Shown here: in pieces, positions 63,261-64,000 of the stretch | Layout of the letters: the number at the start of each line of letters is the position of its first letter | Numbering within the stretch: position 1 is the first letter of the stretch | NCBI GenBank assembly: GCA_030390025.1 | Contig: CM059433.1 | Span: 30,692,001 to 30,756,000, forward strand | Length of the DNA stretch: 64,000 bases | Reading direction: 5' to 3' | Origin: Squalus acanthias | Taxonomy: Eukaryota | The notes under the pieces: generated by a model | Told to the model about the DNA's origin: nothing | The model's database searches: none | What the model saw: only the letters and a program-made list of their open reading frames with translations | Program-made: the position numbers and the translations under genes

Positions 63261-64000
63261 TGTGAAGGAATAAGCCATATAACCTATTCAGAAAAATACA
63301 CCATTCTATGAAAGAATTCTGGCCTTATTAAAACATGACAAACTGGGTTTGGAAATCTAGAAATCTAACTATGAAAAAGCTGTGATAGCATTCTGGCTAC
63401 TGAGATAAGATACTTGTTGATACTGAATCAATAACCTTATTGAAACAGAAGGTTAAAGGCTCCCGACAGTCTGAATCTTTCGGAACAAGACAATGGTTCA
63501 CCCTGGTTAAGGTGTTCTAATTTACACTTCGTAAAGAAGCACAAACATCTGCCGTCGTAAAAATGACATCAAGTAAAACGCACCTGCTGTTACACCGTTT
63601 TTTATGGTAAAATTAGAACACCTAGAGAAGAGACATAATTCTGCAATGTTACCAGCTGAGGTGACTGTAAGAATTGCAGGGGTCAGCAGAAAAATGACTA
63701 GAGATAATTAGCTTACAGCAGCAGAAAACCTTAAAGGAAATACCACTGGAAAAGGGTATAAATATTGAACTCTCAAATGGGATAGTAGACTCACTTTAAA
63801 GGGGCAAGGCGATTCTCGGCTTCAGAGGCGGCTCTGTAAGTCTCCAACTCTTTGTACCTCGGGTATCAAAGTTATTTGATTTTGGTGGATATCCTGAATA
63901 TAACTTTATTAACTTTAAAACTGTAGCGAAGTTAAGATTTGAAAGTAAGTTTCTCTGATAATAGAATTGTAAGCTTTCCCTTTTTGGAACTGTTAATGTT
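63261..64000 (+). mobile_element. LTR of the same family as 55314-56598, opposite orientation, running off the window end
   Basis: Starts TGTGAAGGAATAAGCC; colinear with the reverse complement of about 56598-55710, with indels; interrupts a LINE fragment. Confidence 0.8.

Overview
Eukaryotic, repeat-dense intronic DNA. The repeat set (CR1 LINEs, tRNA-derived Deu-domain SINEs, Penelope-like elements, Harbinger MITEs) indicates a cartilaginous fish, probably a shark; the species cannot be fixed from the sequence. The window is the middle of a very large minus-strand gene, most likely EYS (eyes shut homolog). Three intact, frame-compatible exons are visible: 61560-61436 and 47103-46869 (EGF repeats) and 4581-4393 (Ser/Thr linker plus EGF). 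Between them lies a decayed, transposon-interrupted relic of the large Ser/Thr-rich spacer exon (human exon 26 equivalent, about 40102-36262), plus two or three other exon-like relics. One full-length CR1 with intact ORFs (10714-6513, minus) has an ORF2 with no in-frame ATG before its endonuclease domain, joined to ORF1 by an in-phase U_UUA_AAC heptamer, which suggests programmed -1 frameshifting. Also present: Penelope-derived minimal hammerhead ribozymes, three solo LTRs with TSDs and a fourth LTR running off the window end, several MITE families, and a 27-bp minisatellite. Comparisons with human EYS are from memory, not a database search.
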